A stretch of 64,000 nt of DNA from an uncultured Actinomycetes bacterium (GTDB lineage: Bacteria > Actinomycetota > Thermoleophilia > UBA2241). Shown here in pieces: positions 49,409-59,574 of this stretch. The translations under genes were made by a program, and so were the position numbers. Below the pieces are notes generated by a model that saw only the letters and a list, made by a program, of their open reading frames with translations, did no database searches and was not told the origin of the DNA. Location of the stretch: contig CAVYCN010000003.1 of assembly GCA_963767005.1 (NCBI GenBank), positions 256,001 through 320,000 on the forward strand. The letters run 5' to 3'. Every line of letters starts with the position of its first letter. Position 1 is the stretch's first letter.

Positions 49409-49975
49409 CTAGCGGCGTGCGTTGATGAGCGTGAGCACCTCGGCCCGCGTCGCCTCGTTGGACTCGACGATGCCGCGCACGGCGCTGGTCACGGTCTTGG
49501 CCCCGGGGCTGCGCACGCCGCGCATGGACATGCAGAGGTGCTCTGCCTCGATCAGGACGAGCGCGCCCAGCGGGTGGAGGGTGTCGACGATCGTGTCGGC
49601 GAGCTCGCTCGTGATGCGTTCCTGCAACTGAGGGCGAGCGGCGATCGTGCGCACCACCCTGGCGAGCTTGGAGAGCCCGGCGATGTGCCCGCTCGTGCTC
49701 GGGATGTAGGCGACGTGCGCGGTGCCGACGAAGGGCAGGAGGTGATGCTCGCAGACCGAGTAGAAGGCGATGTCGCGCACGAGCACCATCTCGTGATGGT
49801 GGTCGTCGCTCATCGGCACGAGGAGCTCGCGGGGGTCGGCCTCGAGGCCGAAGAAGATGTCGTCCCACATGTCGGCGACCCGTCGCGGGGTCTCGCGCAG
49901 TCCCGGCCGCGTCGGGTCGTCGCCGATGCCTTCGAGGAAGAGGAGTACCGCCTGCTCTATCTTGTCCCTGTCCAC
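49409..49975 (-). CDS. folE: GTP cyclohydrolase I
   Basis: TPRRVA, CEHHLLPF, GLSKLAR, QLQER, HLCMSMRG. Confidence 0.96.
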   Translation of the reverse strand: MDRDKIEQAVLLFLEGIGDDPTRPGLRETPRRVADMWDDIFFGLEADPRELLVPMSDDHHHEMVLVRDIAFYSVCEHHLLPFVGTAHVAYIPSTSGHIAGLSKLARVVRTIAARPQLQERITSELADTIVDTLHPLGALVLIEAEHLCMSMRGVRSPGAKTVTSAVRGIVESNEATRAEVLTLINARR

Positions 49976-50002
49976 CGGCCGGATGAGCGTGGGAGCCGAA
50001 GC

Positions 50003-52349
50003 TCAGGTAGTCTCGGGGTTGAGCGGGTTGACCGGCGAGGGCTGTCCCACCCGGGGCGTGCGCGGCGTGGGCCGCCGGTCGCCGACGCCCTCCTGCTCGC
50101 TGCGCTGGCGGGCCTTCTGGTCTTTGGCGGCAAAGACCTCCTCGGCCGGGGTGCCGCCAAGCAGCGCCTCGAACTCCTCGCGTTCGATCGTCTCGCGCTC
50201 GATCAGGATGGCGGCCACGCTGTCGAGCTGGCTGCGATGCTCGCCCAGCACGCCGCGGGCACGCTCGTGGGCATCGGCGATGATGCGCCTGATCTCCTCG
50301 TCGATCGCGCGGGCGATCTCCTCGGAGTAGTCGGGCTCCTGGTTGAAGTCTCTACCTAGGAAGGGCATCGCCTGGTTGTGGCCCAAGGTGCGCGGCCCGA
50401 GCAGCTCGCTCATGCCGTAGCGCATGATCATCTGCTTGGCGGTGTCGGTGGCCTTCTCCAAGTCGTTGGCGGCCCCGGTCGTGATCTCGGCAAAGACGAT
50501 CTCCTCGGCGGCCCGGCCGCCCAGGGTCATCGCCAGGGTGTCGTTTAACTCGCCCATCGTGGTCAGGAACTTATCCTCGGAGGGCAGCGAGATGGTAAAG
50601 CCCAAGGCGGCGCCGCGGGAGACGATCGAGATCTTGTGGACCGGGTCGGTGTGTTCCAGGTAGTGGGCCACCAGGGCGTGGCCCATCTCGTGGTAGGCGG
50701 TGATGCGGCGCTCGCGCTCGGAGAGCAGGCGGCTCTTCTTCTCGGGGCCGGCCAGCACGCGCATGATGCCCTCTTCGCACTCGGCCTGATCGATCGTCTT
50801 GCGGCCGTGCCGTGCGGCCAGCAGGGCGGCCTCGTTGACCAAGTTGGCCAGATCGGCGCCGGTGAAGCCCGGGGTCTGGGCGGCCAGGGTGTCTAAGATC
50901 CACGCCCTTGGCCAGCGGCTTACCGCGGGTGTGGACGGCAAGGATCGCCTGCCTTCCGATGCGGTCGGGGCGATCGACCACGATCTGGCGGTCGAAGCGG
51001 CCCGGGCGCAGCAGGGCGGGGTCCAAGATGTCGGGGCGGTTGGTGGCGGCGATCAGGATGATGTTGTCCTTCATCTCAAAGCCGTCCATCTCGACCAGGA
51101 GCTGGTTCAGGGTCTGCTCGCGCTCGTCGTGGCCGCCGCCCATGCCCGTCCCGCGGTGACGGCCCACCGCGTCGATCTCGTCCATGAAGATGATGCAGGG
51201 GCTGTTCTGCTTGGCCTGCTCGAACAGGTCCCTGACCCGCGAGGCGCCGACCCCGACGAACATCTCGACGAAGTCGGAGCCGGAGATGGAAAAGAAGGGC
51301 ACCCCGGCCTCACCGGCCACGGCGCGGGCCAGCAGCGTCTTGCCGGTGCCGGGCGGGCCGTAGAGCAGCACGCCCTTGGGGATGCGGGCGCCGAGCTGCT
51401 GGAACTTGCGCGGGTTCTCTAAGAACTCCTTGATCTCCTGGAGCTCCTCGACGGTCTCGTCGATGCCGGCCACATCGCGGAAGGTCACCTTGGGCGAGTC
51501 GACGCTCACGCGGCGGGCCCGGCTCTTGCCGAAGCTCATCACCTTGGAGCCGCCCCCCTGCATCTGGTTCATGATGAAGAACCAGAACGCGAGGATCAGC
51601 ACGACCGGCAGAACGAAGGTCAGCAGGCTGCTCCACAGCGGGCTGCCGGGGCTCTTCGACGTGAGCTGGACGTTGTACTGGTTGATCAGCTGCGTGGTGG
51701 TCGTGGTGTCGGGATAGGACACCGTGTACTTGGTCTTGCCGCCGGCGAGCGCCACCTGCAGCGTCTGGCTCTTGGTGTTCATCGCGACCGACTGGACGCG
51801 ACCGTTCTGCAGGTCGTTGACGAAGCTGGCCGGCGAGCTCCGGGTGGCGACGGTGCCGGCGACGGGCGTCACGTTGTACTTGGCGAGCAGCTGCGTGAAC
51901 GCCGTCGTGTCGGTGATCAGGACGCCGTAGGTGGCGCCGGCCGGCGTGGCTGAGCTCGAGCCGGTGGTCGCCGTACCCGAGGTCGACGCGGTCGCGCCGC
52001 TCGTGCTCGTCGCGCTCGGCGCCGGGCTCGATGTGCCCGACGTCGCCGCGCCCGACGTGGCGGTCGCGCTGCCGGCGGTCGCGCCGCTCTTGGCCGCCGT
52101 GCCGGTCGTGACGAGCGCGGCGTCGGTCTGCTCGTCGACCACGACCTTGCGCACGGTGCCGGCGGCGAGGTCGTTCGTGAGCCGTCCGATCGACTCCTGA
52201 GAGGTGTTCGAGACGGCCGTCGCGCCCTGGTAGACGTGCTTGGCCGCGCTCCCGCCGGAACCCCGGTGGCTCAGGAACATGTTGAGCACGAGCGCAAGGA
52301 CGATCACGACGAGGATCGGGAAGAACGCGCTCCGGATGAATCTGCTCAC
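50003..52349 (-). CDS. ftsH: ATP-dependent metalloprotease FtsH, split by a +1 frameshift near 50894-50897 (probable assembly error)
   Basis: AAA part ([19 protein letters not shown]) in ORF 50571-52349; TPGFTGADL and HEMGH protease part in ORF 50003-50941; removing one base restores [13 protein letters not shown]. Confidence 0.93.
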
Positions 52350-52446
52350 GTCAACTCTCTTGCTGAGGCGGCCGACCGTCAGAATGGGGCGCCTGATGGA
52401 CGCCTGAGCCTAGCATACCCCTCGGCCGAGGGCAAAGAACCCCGCT

Positions 52447-52998
52447 TCAGGCGCCGTCGGTCTCGGCGATGGCCTCGGTGCGGACGCCGGCCACGTGGTC
52501 GAGCGTGCGGTACCGCTCGGCCCAGTCGAGCCCGTACCCGACGACGAAGACGTTCGGGATCTCGAAGCCGATGTACCGGCAGTCGAGGTTGATGCGGCGC
52601 CGTTCCGGCTTGGTGAGCAGGGCGCAGACCTCGAGCGAGGCCGGCTTGCGCGAGCGCAGGTTCTTGAGCAGGTAGCTGAGCGTGAGGCCCGAGTCGATGA
52701 TGTCCTCGACGATGAGGATGTCGCGCCCCTCGATCGGGTGGTCGAGGTCCTTGAGGATGCGCACGACACCCGACGAGTCGGTGGCCGAGCCGTAGCTCGT
52801 GACCGCCATGAAGTCGATCGAGCACGGGATGGTGAGCTCGCGGGCGAGGTCGGCCAGGAAGAACACGGCGCCCTTGAGCACGCCGACGAGCTCGAGGTCC
52901 TTGCCGGCGTAGTCGATCGAGATCTGCGCGCCGAGCTCCGCGATCTTGGCGCGCAGCTCGTCGCGCCCTACGAGGGTGTCGCCGATGGGGTCGATCAC
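52447..52998 (-). CDS. hpt: Hypoxanthine phosphoribosyltransferase
   Basis: VLKGA, SYG..SSG, IVEDIIDSGLTL, FVVGYGLD. Confidence 0.96.
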   Translation of the reverse strand: MIDPIGDTLVGRDELRAKIAELGAQISIDYAGKDLELVGVLKGAVFFLADLARELTIPCSIDFMAVTSYGSATDSSGVVRILKDLDHPIEGRDILIVEDIIDSGLTLSYLLKNLRSRKPASLEVCALLTKPERRRINLDCRYIGFEIPNVFVVGYGLDWAERYRTLDHVAGVRTEAIAETDGA

Positions 52999-54428
52999 GT
53001 CGCCTCCGTTGCCTCCGCGAAGATGTGAAGAGTATACGGTGTGTCCGAGCGCACCCGGAACCATTCGGAGCTCCGTCCAGGGCAGACCCAGGCCGGGCGA
53101 CCGTCCACTTCGGCCACAACGGCCGTCGCCCGCCGGGCGCGTGGCACGCGGGCGGCGGTGAAGAGGTCGCTGAGCAGCGCGTCGGCCGGCATGCCGAAGG
53201 GCCGCATGCGGTCGCCCGGCCGGGGATGCCGCAGCACGATCGCGGGCTCCAGATGCTCTACCGCGAGCCAGGCCTCGGCCGTCGTGCGTTCGAAGGCCGC
53301 GCCACGCTCGAGCTCGGCGCGAAAGCGCCGCCCGCAGAAGGCGACCGCGTCCCCCGCGCGCAGCGCCACCGGGGGACAGTCGTGCGCGGCGTGTGCCGCG
53401 CGCACAGTCAGCACGCCGTACTCGCGCACCGCCTCGCGGTCGTCGCCGAGCGACACGAGCCGCGAGCCGGCCCGGCCGGCGGCGAGCGCCTCGAGCCGCC
53501 CGGTGACGCGGCGGCCGAGCAGTGCGTGCTCGCCCAGCGCGCTCAGCGCAAGGCGTCGCAGGCAGAGCGCGCGCAGCGCCACCGGCTCGGCTGCCAGCGC
53601 CGCGAGGTCGAGCGTCCACGGCGCGTCGCCCGGCCCGGCCGGCGCCGGCCGCGCGACGCGCGCCCAGGCCTCGGCGGCGGCCGCGGCGAGCGCCTCGTGG
53701 TCGCGGTCGGCGAGCACGGCCGCGGCGGCGAGCGCCTCGACCACCCGCGGGTTGACCCGGGCGAGCACCGGCAGGACCTCGTGGCGCAGCAGGTTGCGCC
53801 GATAGTCGACCGTGTCGTTGCTTTCGTCGTGGCCGTACGCGATGCCGAGCGCAGCGCAGTAGGCGCGCAGCTCGGTGGCGCCGATGCCCAGCAGCGGGCG
53901 CGCGAGACCGTCCTCGCGCGGCCGCATGCCGCGCAGCGCCGACGGCGCCGCGTACTTGACGAGGCGGTAGAGAACGGTCTCGGCCTGGTCGTCGCGGTTG
54001 TGCGCCGTGACCACGACGTCGGCGCGGCCCTGCGCCACGAGCGCGCGCGCCGCGTCGTAGCGGATGCGACGCGCGCGCTCCTGAAAGTCGGGACCGGCCG
54101 GCTTGCGCGCCAGCCGGACGACATGCAGCGGCACGCCGAGCGCCGCGCAGGCGTCGGCGACGATGCCGCGGTCGCGGGCCGACGCCGCGCCGCGGGTGGC
54201 GTAGTCGACGTGCAGCACCGCCAGCGTGAGGCCCAGGCCGAGCCGCCGGTCGACGGCGCCCACGATATCGAGAAGGGCCATCGAGTCGGCGCCGCCCGAC
54301 AGCATGAGGAGCGCGCGCTCGCCGGAGCGCAGCAGCGCCCCCGCGGCGACGGCGGCGGCCACCCGCCGGCGCACCGACGCGACGAGGCTCGCCTGAGCCC
54401 GCTGCTCGGGCGTGGGTGGCTCGGCCAC
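52995..54428 (-). CDS. tilS: tRNA(Ile)-lysidine synthase (start approximate)
   Basis: SGGADS, AR..RY, AHNRDDQAET, RPLL, DESN, RN.LR. Confidence 0.93.
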   Translation of the reverse strand: MAEPPTPEQRAQASLVASVRRRVAAAVAAGALLRSGERALLMLSGGADSMALLDIVGAVDRRLGLGLTLAVLHVDYATRGAASARDRGIVADACAALGVPLHVVRLARKPAGPDFQERARRIRYDAARALVAQGRADVVVTAHNRDDQAETVLYRLVKYAAPSALRGMRPREDGLARPLLGIGATELRAYCAALGIAYGHDESNDTVDYRRNLLRHEVLPVLARVNPRVVEALAAAAVLADRDHEALAAAAAEAWARVARPAPAGPGDAPWTLDLAALAAEPVALRALCLRRLALSALGEHALLGRRVTGRLEALAAGRAGSRLVSLGDDREAVREYGVLTVRAAHAAHDCPPVALRAGDAVAFCGRRFRAELERGAAFERTTAEAWLAVEHLEPAIVLRHPRPGDRMRPFGMPADALLSDLFTAARVPRARRATAVVAEVDGRPAWVCPGRSSEWFRVRSDTPYTLHIFAEATEAT

Positions 54429-54439
54429 CCTCGCCCCCG

Positions 54440-54787
54440 CTAGAAGGACACGACCCGGTCGCTGCGCGCGACCAGGTCGGCGAGGTCGTGGATCGTGCCC
54501 AGGCGGACGCCGTCGATCACCTCGGCCGCCGTGAGGCCACGAGTCTGGCAGCAGGTGCCGCACAGCGTGACGACCGCGCCCTTGGCGACGAGCTCGGCCA
54601 GCATGTCCTCGAGTGAAACGTGGGCGCCGCGAGGCTGCTGGCCGCGCCGCGCCGTGTGCACGCCGTCGCCCAGGAAGAACAGCTCGACCCAGTGCTCCTT
54701 GACCTGGAGCGCGGCGGCGAGACGCAGGGCGTTGTAGGGCAGCTCGCTGCCGTAGGGGCTGCCGTTCACGATCACCGTCGTCACCAT
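54440..54787 (-). CDS. DsrE/YchN-family protein
   Basis: PYGSE..YNALRLA, FFLGDGV, CGTC..RG. Confidence 0.88.
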   Translation of the reverse strand: MVTTVIVNGSPYGSELPYNALRLAAALQVKEHWVELFFLGDGVHTARRGQQPRGAHVSLEDMLAELVAKGAVVTLCGTCCQTRGLTAAEVIDGVRLGTIHDLADLVARSDRVVSF

Positions 54788-54904
54788 GCGTCGCTCCTTC
54801 GCGCGGTCGCCGTGCCGTCGCCGCCGTCCGGGGCGGTCGTCGCGCCCGTCGCCGCCGGGGCCGTCACGGCCCGTCGGCGAGGTCGTCGTGCGGCGCTCGC
54901 CCCC

Positions 54905-54934
54905 AAAAAAATAGGGCGCCCGAACGGGCGCCCC
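54905..54934 (-). terminator. Intrinsic terminator after tRNA-fMet
   Basis: GGGCGCCC-GTTC-GGGCGCCC followed by TATTTTTTT. Confidence 0.88.
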
Positions 54935-54942
54935 GGAAGGCT

Positions 54943-55019
<77 letters not shown>

Positions 55020-55055
55020 ACGTCTCCAGCGGGTTCTTCCCCAACTGGGGATGGC

Positions 55056-55085
55056 AGTATACCGCCGGCCACCCGACCCTGTAAA
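55056..55085 (-). promoter_or_regulatory. Sigma70 promoter of tRNA-fMet
   Basis: TTTACA-N18-TATACT. Confidence 0.75.
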
Positions 55086-55115
55086 GGCCCCGGCTGAGCG
55101 GCCGATAGAGACTCC

Positions 55116-56246
55116 ATGAGCCTTTCGACCGCGCCCCCGGCCACCACGCGTCGCGCTCGCCGCCCGGGCCTCGTCGCGGCGGCGTTCGTCGTGTGCGTCG
55201 CAGCCGCCTTCGCCTGCCTGACCCTGCCGGGCGGCGGCTCGCGCGCGGCCGCGAGCCCCGGCGTGATCGTCGCCAGCCAGCCGGCCAGCCTGGCGCAGCT
55301 CGAGCAGTCCGCCGACAAGGCGCAGCGCCAGGTGGCGGCGCTCGACGACCGGCTCGAGGTCGTGGTCGAGGACTGGGACGCCGCCGAGTCGCAGCTTCAG
55401 GCAGTCGAGGCGCAGCTCGGTGACGTGCGCCTGCAGCTCTCCCAGGCCCAGAACGACCTGACCCAGCAGCAGGCCGTCCTCGGCGCCCACCTCGCCTGGA
55501 TGTACAAGCTGGGCGACTACGGGCTGCTCGACGAGCTGCTGAACGGCGGGAGCCTGACCAGCGCGGGCGCCCGCCTCGAGCTGTACCGCCGCGTGAACGA
55601 GCAGGACCGGGCGCTGCGGGCCAGCTTCCTCGCCACGGTGCAGCGGGTCGGCCAGCTCCAGACCGAGATCTCGAAGCAGCGCGACAAGGCCATGGCGGCC
55701 CAGCAGAAGGTCGACGCCGAGCGCCTCATCATCGCCGACAGGCTGGCCCAGCGTCAGGCCATCCTCGACGGCCTGAACGGCCGCATCCGCAAGATCCTCG
55801 ACCAGCGCGACAAGGCGGCCGCCCTGGCGTCGGGCCACCTGGCCAGCGTCGCGCTCGCCCAGCTCGGCACCATCACGGCCACCCAGGCGCAGATCGGTGT
55901 CGTACGCGACGCGCTGCACTTTCTGGGCGTCCCCTACGTGTGGGGCGGGGCGAGCCCCAGCGGCTTCGACTGCTCGGGCCTCGTCCTGTACGTGTACGCC
56001 CGGTACGGCGTCAAGTTCCCGCACTTCGCCGCCTGGCAGGCGCAGATGGGCACACCGGTGCCGGAGTCGCAGCTCGAGCCGGCCGACCTCGTGTTCTTCG
56101 GCGACCCCATCCACCACGTGGTGATCTACGCCGGCAACGGCCTCGTGGTGCAGGCGCCCCACACGGGCGACGTCGTCAAGGTGAGCCGTCTGTCCGACTT
56201 CGGACCCCCCGCCGCCTGCCGCCGCTACCTGCTCCGGCTGCCCTGA
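55116..56246 (+). CDS. Coiled-coil NlpC/P60 peptidoglycan endopeptidase (CwlO/RipA-like)
   Basis: Signal peptide, long coiled coil, LGVPYVWGG..FDCSGL, HHVVIYAGNG..QAPH. Confidence 0.92.
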   Translation: MSLSTAPPATTRRARRPGLVAAAFVVCVAAAFACLTLPGGGSRAAASPGVIVASQPASLAQLEQSADKAQRQVAALDDRLEVVVEDWDAAESQLQAVEAQLGDVRLQLSQAQNDLTQQQAVLGAHLAWMYKLGDYGLLDELLNGGSLTSAGARLELYRRVNEQDRALRASFLATVQRVGQLQTEISKQRDKAMAAQQKVDAERLIIADRLAQRQAILDGLNGRIRKILDQRDKAAALASGHLASVALAQLGTITATQAQIGVVRDALHFLGVPYVWGGASPSGFDCSGLVLYVYARYGVKFPHFAAWQAQMGTPVPESQLEPADLVFFGDPIHHVVIYAGNGLVVQAPHTGDVVKVSRLSDFGPPAACRRYLLRLP

Positions 56247-56294
56247 CGCCGTCGCGGTACCCGCGACGGCGCGACGCGGGGTAGACTGTCGGCC

Positions 56295-56615
56295 ATGAAC
56301 GGCTGGATCCTGCTCGGTCTCCTCATCGTCGTCGTGGTCGGCACGCTGGCCGCCTGCGTGCCCCTCGGGCTGCACGCGCTGCGGCTGTACCGCACGGGAC
56401 GACGTGCCCAACGCGAGCTGTTGCCTCTGGTCGAGGGGCTCGCGCGGCGCGCCGACGCGGCCGCCACCAGGGCCGTCGCCCTCGGCGACAGGGGCCAGGA
56501 CCTGAGCGAGCGTCTCGTCGAGCTGCAGCGCACCGTGACGCGCGTGAGCGTGCTCAGCGAGGCTCTGCGGACCGCCTCTGCGCCCTGGCTGCGCCTGCGG
56601 CGCTACCTCACCTGA
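56295..56615 (+). CDS. Small membrane-anchored coiled-coil hypothetical protein
   Basis: N-terminal TM helix; TAGACT 7 nt before ATG; followed by a hairpin. Confidence 0.7.
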   Translation: MNGWILLGLLIVVVVGTLAACVPLGLHALRLYRTGRRAQRELLPLVEGLARRADAAATRAVALGDRGQDLSERLVELQRTVTRVSVLSEALRTASAPWLRLRRYLT

Positions 56616-56655
56616 CCGACGCGCCCGGCGGCGCCGGCGGCACCCCCGAAAACGG

Positions 56656-56692
56656 CGAAGCGGGCCGGGCCCACCGGGCCCGGCCCGCTTCG
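56656..56692. terminator. 17-bp stem hairpin between convergent genes
   Basis: CGAAGCGGGCCGGGCCC-ACC-GGGCCCGGCCCGCTTCG. Confidence 0.7.
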
Positions 56693-56718
56693 TGTGCTTC
56701 AGGCCGCAGAGCTGCTCG

Positions 56719-57852
56719 TCAGGCGACGGCAGCCTTGAGGGCGTCGGCCAGCGGTGTGTACTTGAGGCCGTGGGCCTCGGCGACCGACGGGATGGTGAGC
56801 TTGCCACGGTAGACGTTGACGCCGAGCGCCAGCGAGGCGTCGTCGGCGACGGCCTTCTCGAAGCCCTTGTTCGCGATAGCGAGGCCCTGAGGCAGGGTGG
56901 CGCCGGCGAGAGCCATCGTCGACGTGCGGGCGACGGCACCGGGCATGTTGGCGACGCAGTAATGGATGACGCCGTCGACCACGTAGGTCGGCTCGGTGTG
57001 AGTGGTGGGCTTGGAGGTCTCGAAGCAGCCGCCCTGGTCGATGGCGACGTCGACGAGCACCGAACCCGGCAGCATGTCCTTGAGCCAGGCCTTCTTGACC
57101 AGATGCGGAGCCTGGGCGCCGCCCGGCAGCAGGACGCCGCCGACCACGAGGTCGGCGTCCATGACCTCGGCCTCGATCGCGGACTCGGTGGAGAGGACGG
57201 TCTCGATGTGGCCGCCGAACATGTCGTCGAGGTAGGTGAGGCGCTCGGCGCTCTTATCGATCACGACCGTGCGGGCGCCGATGCCGACGGCGACCTTGAC
57301 GGCGTTGGTGCCGACGGTGCCGCCGCCGATCACGACGACCTTCGCCTGCGGCACGCCGGTGACGCCGCCGAGCAGGACGCCGCGGCCGCCGTTGTTCTTC
57401 TGCAGTGCCGTGGCGCCGGCCTGGATGGCCAGCTTGCCGGCGACCTCGCTCATCGGGAAGAGGAGCGGATGGGCGTGGCTCGGCGTCTCGACCGTCTCGA
57501 AGGCGATCGCGCGAATGTCGGCGGCGATCATGGCGTCGGTGAGCTGCCGCGCGTAGGCGGCCGCCATGTGCAGGTACGTGTAGAGGATCTGGCCCGGCTT
57601 GAACTTGCTGTACTCGACCGGGATGGGCTCCTTGACCTTGTAGATCATGTCGGCGCGCGCGAAGACGTCGTCGACCGGGGCGAGCTCGGCGCCCGCCGCC
57701 TTGTACTCGTCGTCGCTGAAGCCCGAGCCCACGCCGGCGCCGGCCTCGACGACCACGGTGTGACCCGCGCGCACGAAGTCCTTGACGCCGTTGGGCGTCA
57801 TGGCAACGCGGTACTCCTCGTTTTTGATCTCCTTCGGCACGCCGACGATCAT
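56719..57852 (-). CDS. ald: Alanine dehydrogenase
   Basis: GVPKEIKNEEYRV, KVKEP, TYLH, PMSEVAG, GGGTVG, DVAIDQGGC, YCVANMPGAV. Confidence 0.97.
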   Translation of the reverse strand: MIVGVPKEIKNEEYRVAMTPNGVKDFVRAGHTVVVEAGAGVGSGFSDDEYKAAGAELAPVDDVFARADMIYKVKEPIPVEYSKFKPGQILYTYLHMAAAYARQLTDAMIAADIRAIAFETVETPSHAHPLLFPMSEVAGKLAIQAGATALQKNNGGRGVLLGGVTGVPQAKVVVIGGGTVGTNAVKVAVGIGARTVVIDKSAERLTYLDDMFGGHIETVLSTESAIEAEVMDADLVVGGVLLPGGAQAPHLVKKAWLKDMLPGSVLVDVAIDQGGCFETSKPTTHTEPTYVVDGVIHYCVANMPGAVARTSTMALAGATLPQGLAIANKGFEKAVADDASLALGVNVYRGKLTIPSVAEAHGLKYTPLADALKAAVA

Positions 57853-58031
57853 CGAGTCCTCCTTGGTCTACCGCTTCACCGACAGTTGCGAGGCACGAGG
57901 AACGTCGCCGGTTCCCTTCGCCTCTTCGACACGGTGGAGTCTAACAGAATTCCCGCGTCGTTCCTTCCGAAGTTGAAAGCACAAATGGCCCACGCTTGCC
58001 GATTCGCCAAAAACCAGCGCACCCGCCCCGG

Positions 58032-58529
58032 TCAGCCGTGGCTGCCGTTTGCCCGGGTCCAGGCGGCGGCCATCGCCGGCGGCACCACGAGCCACTTGTC
58101 GGCGGCCTTCATGACGACGAAGACCTCGCTCGACTGTACGCCCCCGAGCTTCTGCAGCGAGGCGTTCAGGAACTCGTAGATGCCGTTCATGCCGTCGGCC
58201 GTCACGATCTGGGCGATGATGTCGTAGCGGCCGGTGACGACCGCCGCCCAGCTCACCTCGTCGAGCGCGGCGATGCGCTCGACCATCTCGTCCAGGTTGT
58301 AGCGCTCGAGGCTGAGCCCGACGATGGCCACGGTGAGCTCGGGCATCTCGGAGGCGTCGACCATCGCGGCGATGCGCAGGACGCGCCGGGCGAGCAGGTG
58401 GCGCAGACGGCCGCGCACCGTCGGCGTCGAGATACCCAGGCGCGCGGCGATGTCGGAAGCGGCGAGCCGACCGTCTTCGCACAGCGTGCCGATCAGCGCC
58501 TTGTCGAGCACATCGAGTCCGCGTCTCAT
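58032..58529 (-). CDS. Lrp/AsnC regulator (AldR-like by position)
   Basis: LDVLDKALIGTLCEDGR HTH, VTGRYD; directly upstream of ald. Confidence 0.88.
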   Translation of the reverse strand: MRRGLDVLDKALIGTLCEDGRLAASDIAARLGISTPTVRGRLRHLLARRVLRIAAMVDASEMPELTVAIVGLSLERYNLDEMVERIAALDEVSWAAVVTGRYDIIAQIVTADGMNGIYEFLNASLQKLGGVQSSEVFVVMKAADKWLVVPPAMAAAWTRANGSHG

Positions 58530-58658
58530 GGTCCCCCCGACCCTGCGACCGGCGGGCCGTGTGGGTCCGCCCAGCCGTGACTTGCTGTGTATCATACTGA
58601 GGCGGCGGTAGAAAGCGGACGGGGCGCGGCGCGGTCCCGGGACTGGCGGTACGAAGGC

Positions 58659-59477
58659 GTGGAGCTCGACGGAGCGCGGTGTCTCGTGATCGGCGGCGCC
58701 CGCCGCCTGGGGCGCGTGATCGCGCTCGACCTGGCGGCCCACGGCGCCGACGTCGCGGTGAGCACCCGGGCCGCGCTCGCCGAAGCCGACGCCACCTGCG
58801 CGGCCATCCGCGCCGAGGGGCGGCGGGCCGCCGCGGTCGTCGGCGACCCCGGCACGCCCCGAGGAGCGGCCGATCTCGTAGCCGCGGCCGCCGACGCGTT
58901 CGGCGGGCTCGACGCGCTCGTATATGCCGCAAGCGGGCCGTTCCGGCCGGCCTCGCCCCACGACGCCGACCTCGACGACTGGCAGGCGTCGTTCGACGTC
59001 ATCGCGCGCGGCTTCTTCGTGGCGGCCCGCGCCGCCCGCGAGCGGTTCGTGGCCGGTGGTCGCACGACCAACCGAGCGCCGGAGCCGTCCGGCGCGGCGC
59101 AGGCCGGGGCCGGCCGGTCCCGCGTCACGCGCGGCGTGATCGTCGCCCTCACCGACGTGCTCGGCCGGCGGCCGTCGACGGCCTTCGCCGGGCATGGCGC
59201 CGCGAAGGCCGCGCAGATCATGCTGGTCGCGTCGCTCGCGCGGGCCTGGGGCACCGACGGCGTGCGCGTCTGCGGCGTAGCTCCTGGTCCTACCGCGCTC
59301 GGCGACGACCCGCGCGCCGACGCCACGCTGCGCGCCGCGGCACGCGCCCCGCTGGGGCGTCCGGTGACGCCGGCCGAGGTGGCCGCGGTCGTGCGCTTCG
59401 CGATCGAGTGCGACGCGCTGACCGGCGTCGACCTGCCGGTCGACGGAGGCGCGTCGCTGGGCGAGCCGGTGCTGTAG
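58659..59477 (+). CDS. SDR oxidoreductase, pteridine-reductase-like (start approximate)
   Basis: GGARRLGR cofactor motif, FGGLDALV, VAPG, LTG..LPVDGG. Confidence 0.82.
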   Translation: MELDGARCLVIGGARRLGRVIALDLAAHGADVAVSTRAALAEADATCAAIRAEGRRAAAVVGDPGTPRGAADLVAAAADAFGGLDALVYAASGPFRPASPHDADLDDWQASFDVIARGFFVAARAARERFVAGGRTTNRAPEPSGAAQAGAGRSRVTRGVIVALTDVLGRRPSTAFAGHGAAKAAQIMLVASLARAWGTDGVRVCGVAPGPTALGDDPRADATLRAAARAPLGRPVTPAEVAAVVRFAIECDALTGVDLPVDGGASLGEPVL

Positions 59478-59522
59478 GGCCCGAGCCGGGTCGGGCGCCG
59501 CTCATGCGGCGCCGACGTCGGA

Positions 59523-59564
59523 CGCTCGACGCCGGGCGCTCAACGCCGGGCGCTCAACGCCGGG
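59523..59564. repeat. 14-bp tandem repeat x3
   Basis: CGCTCGACGCCGGG CGCTCAACGCCGGG CGCTCAACGCCGGG. Confidence 0.85.
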
Positions 59565-59574
59565 CCGCCGGCGT

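Noticed and set aside
50885-50910. Programmed ribosomal frameshift in ftsH
   Set aside because: No slippery heptamer or homopolymer; better explained by consensus error
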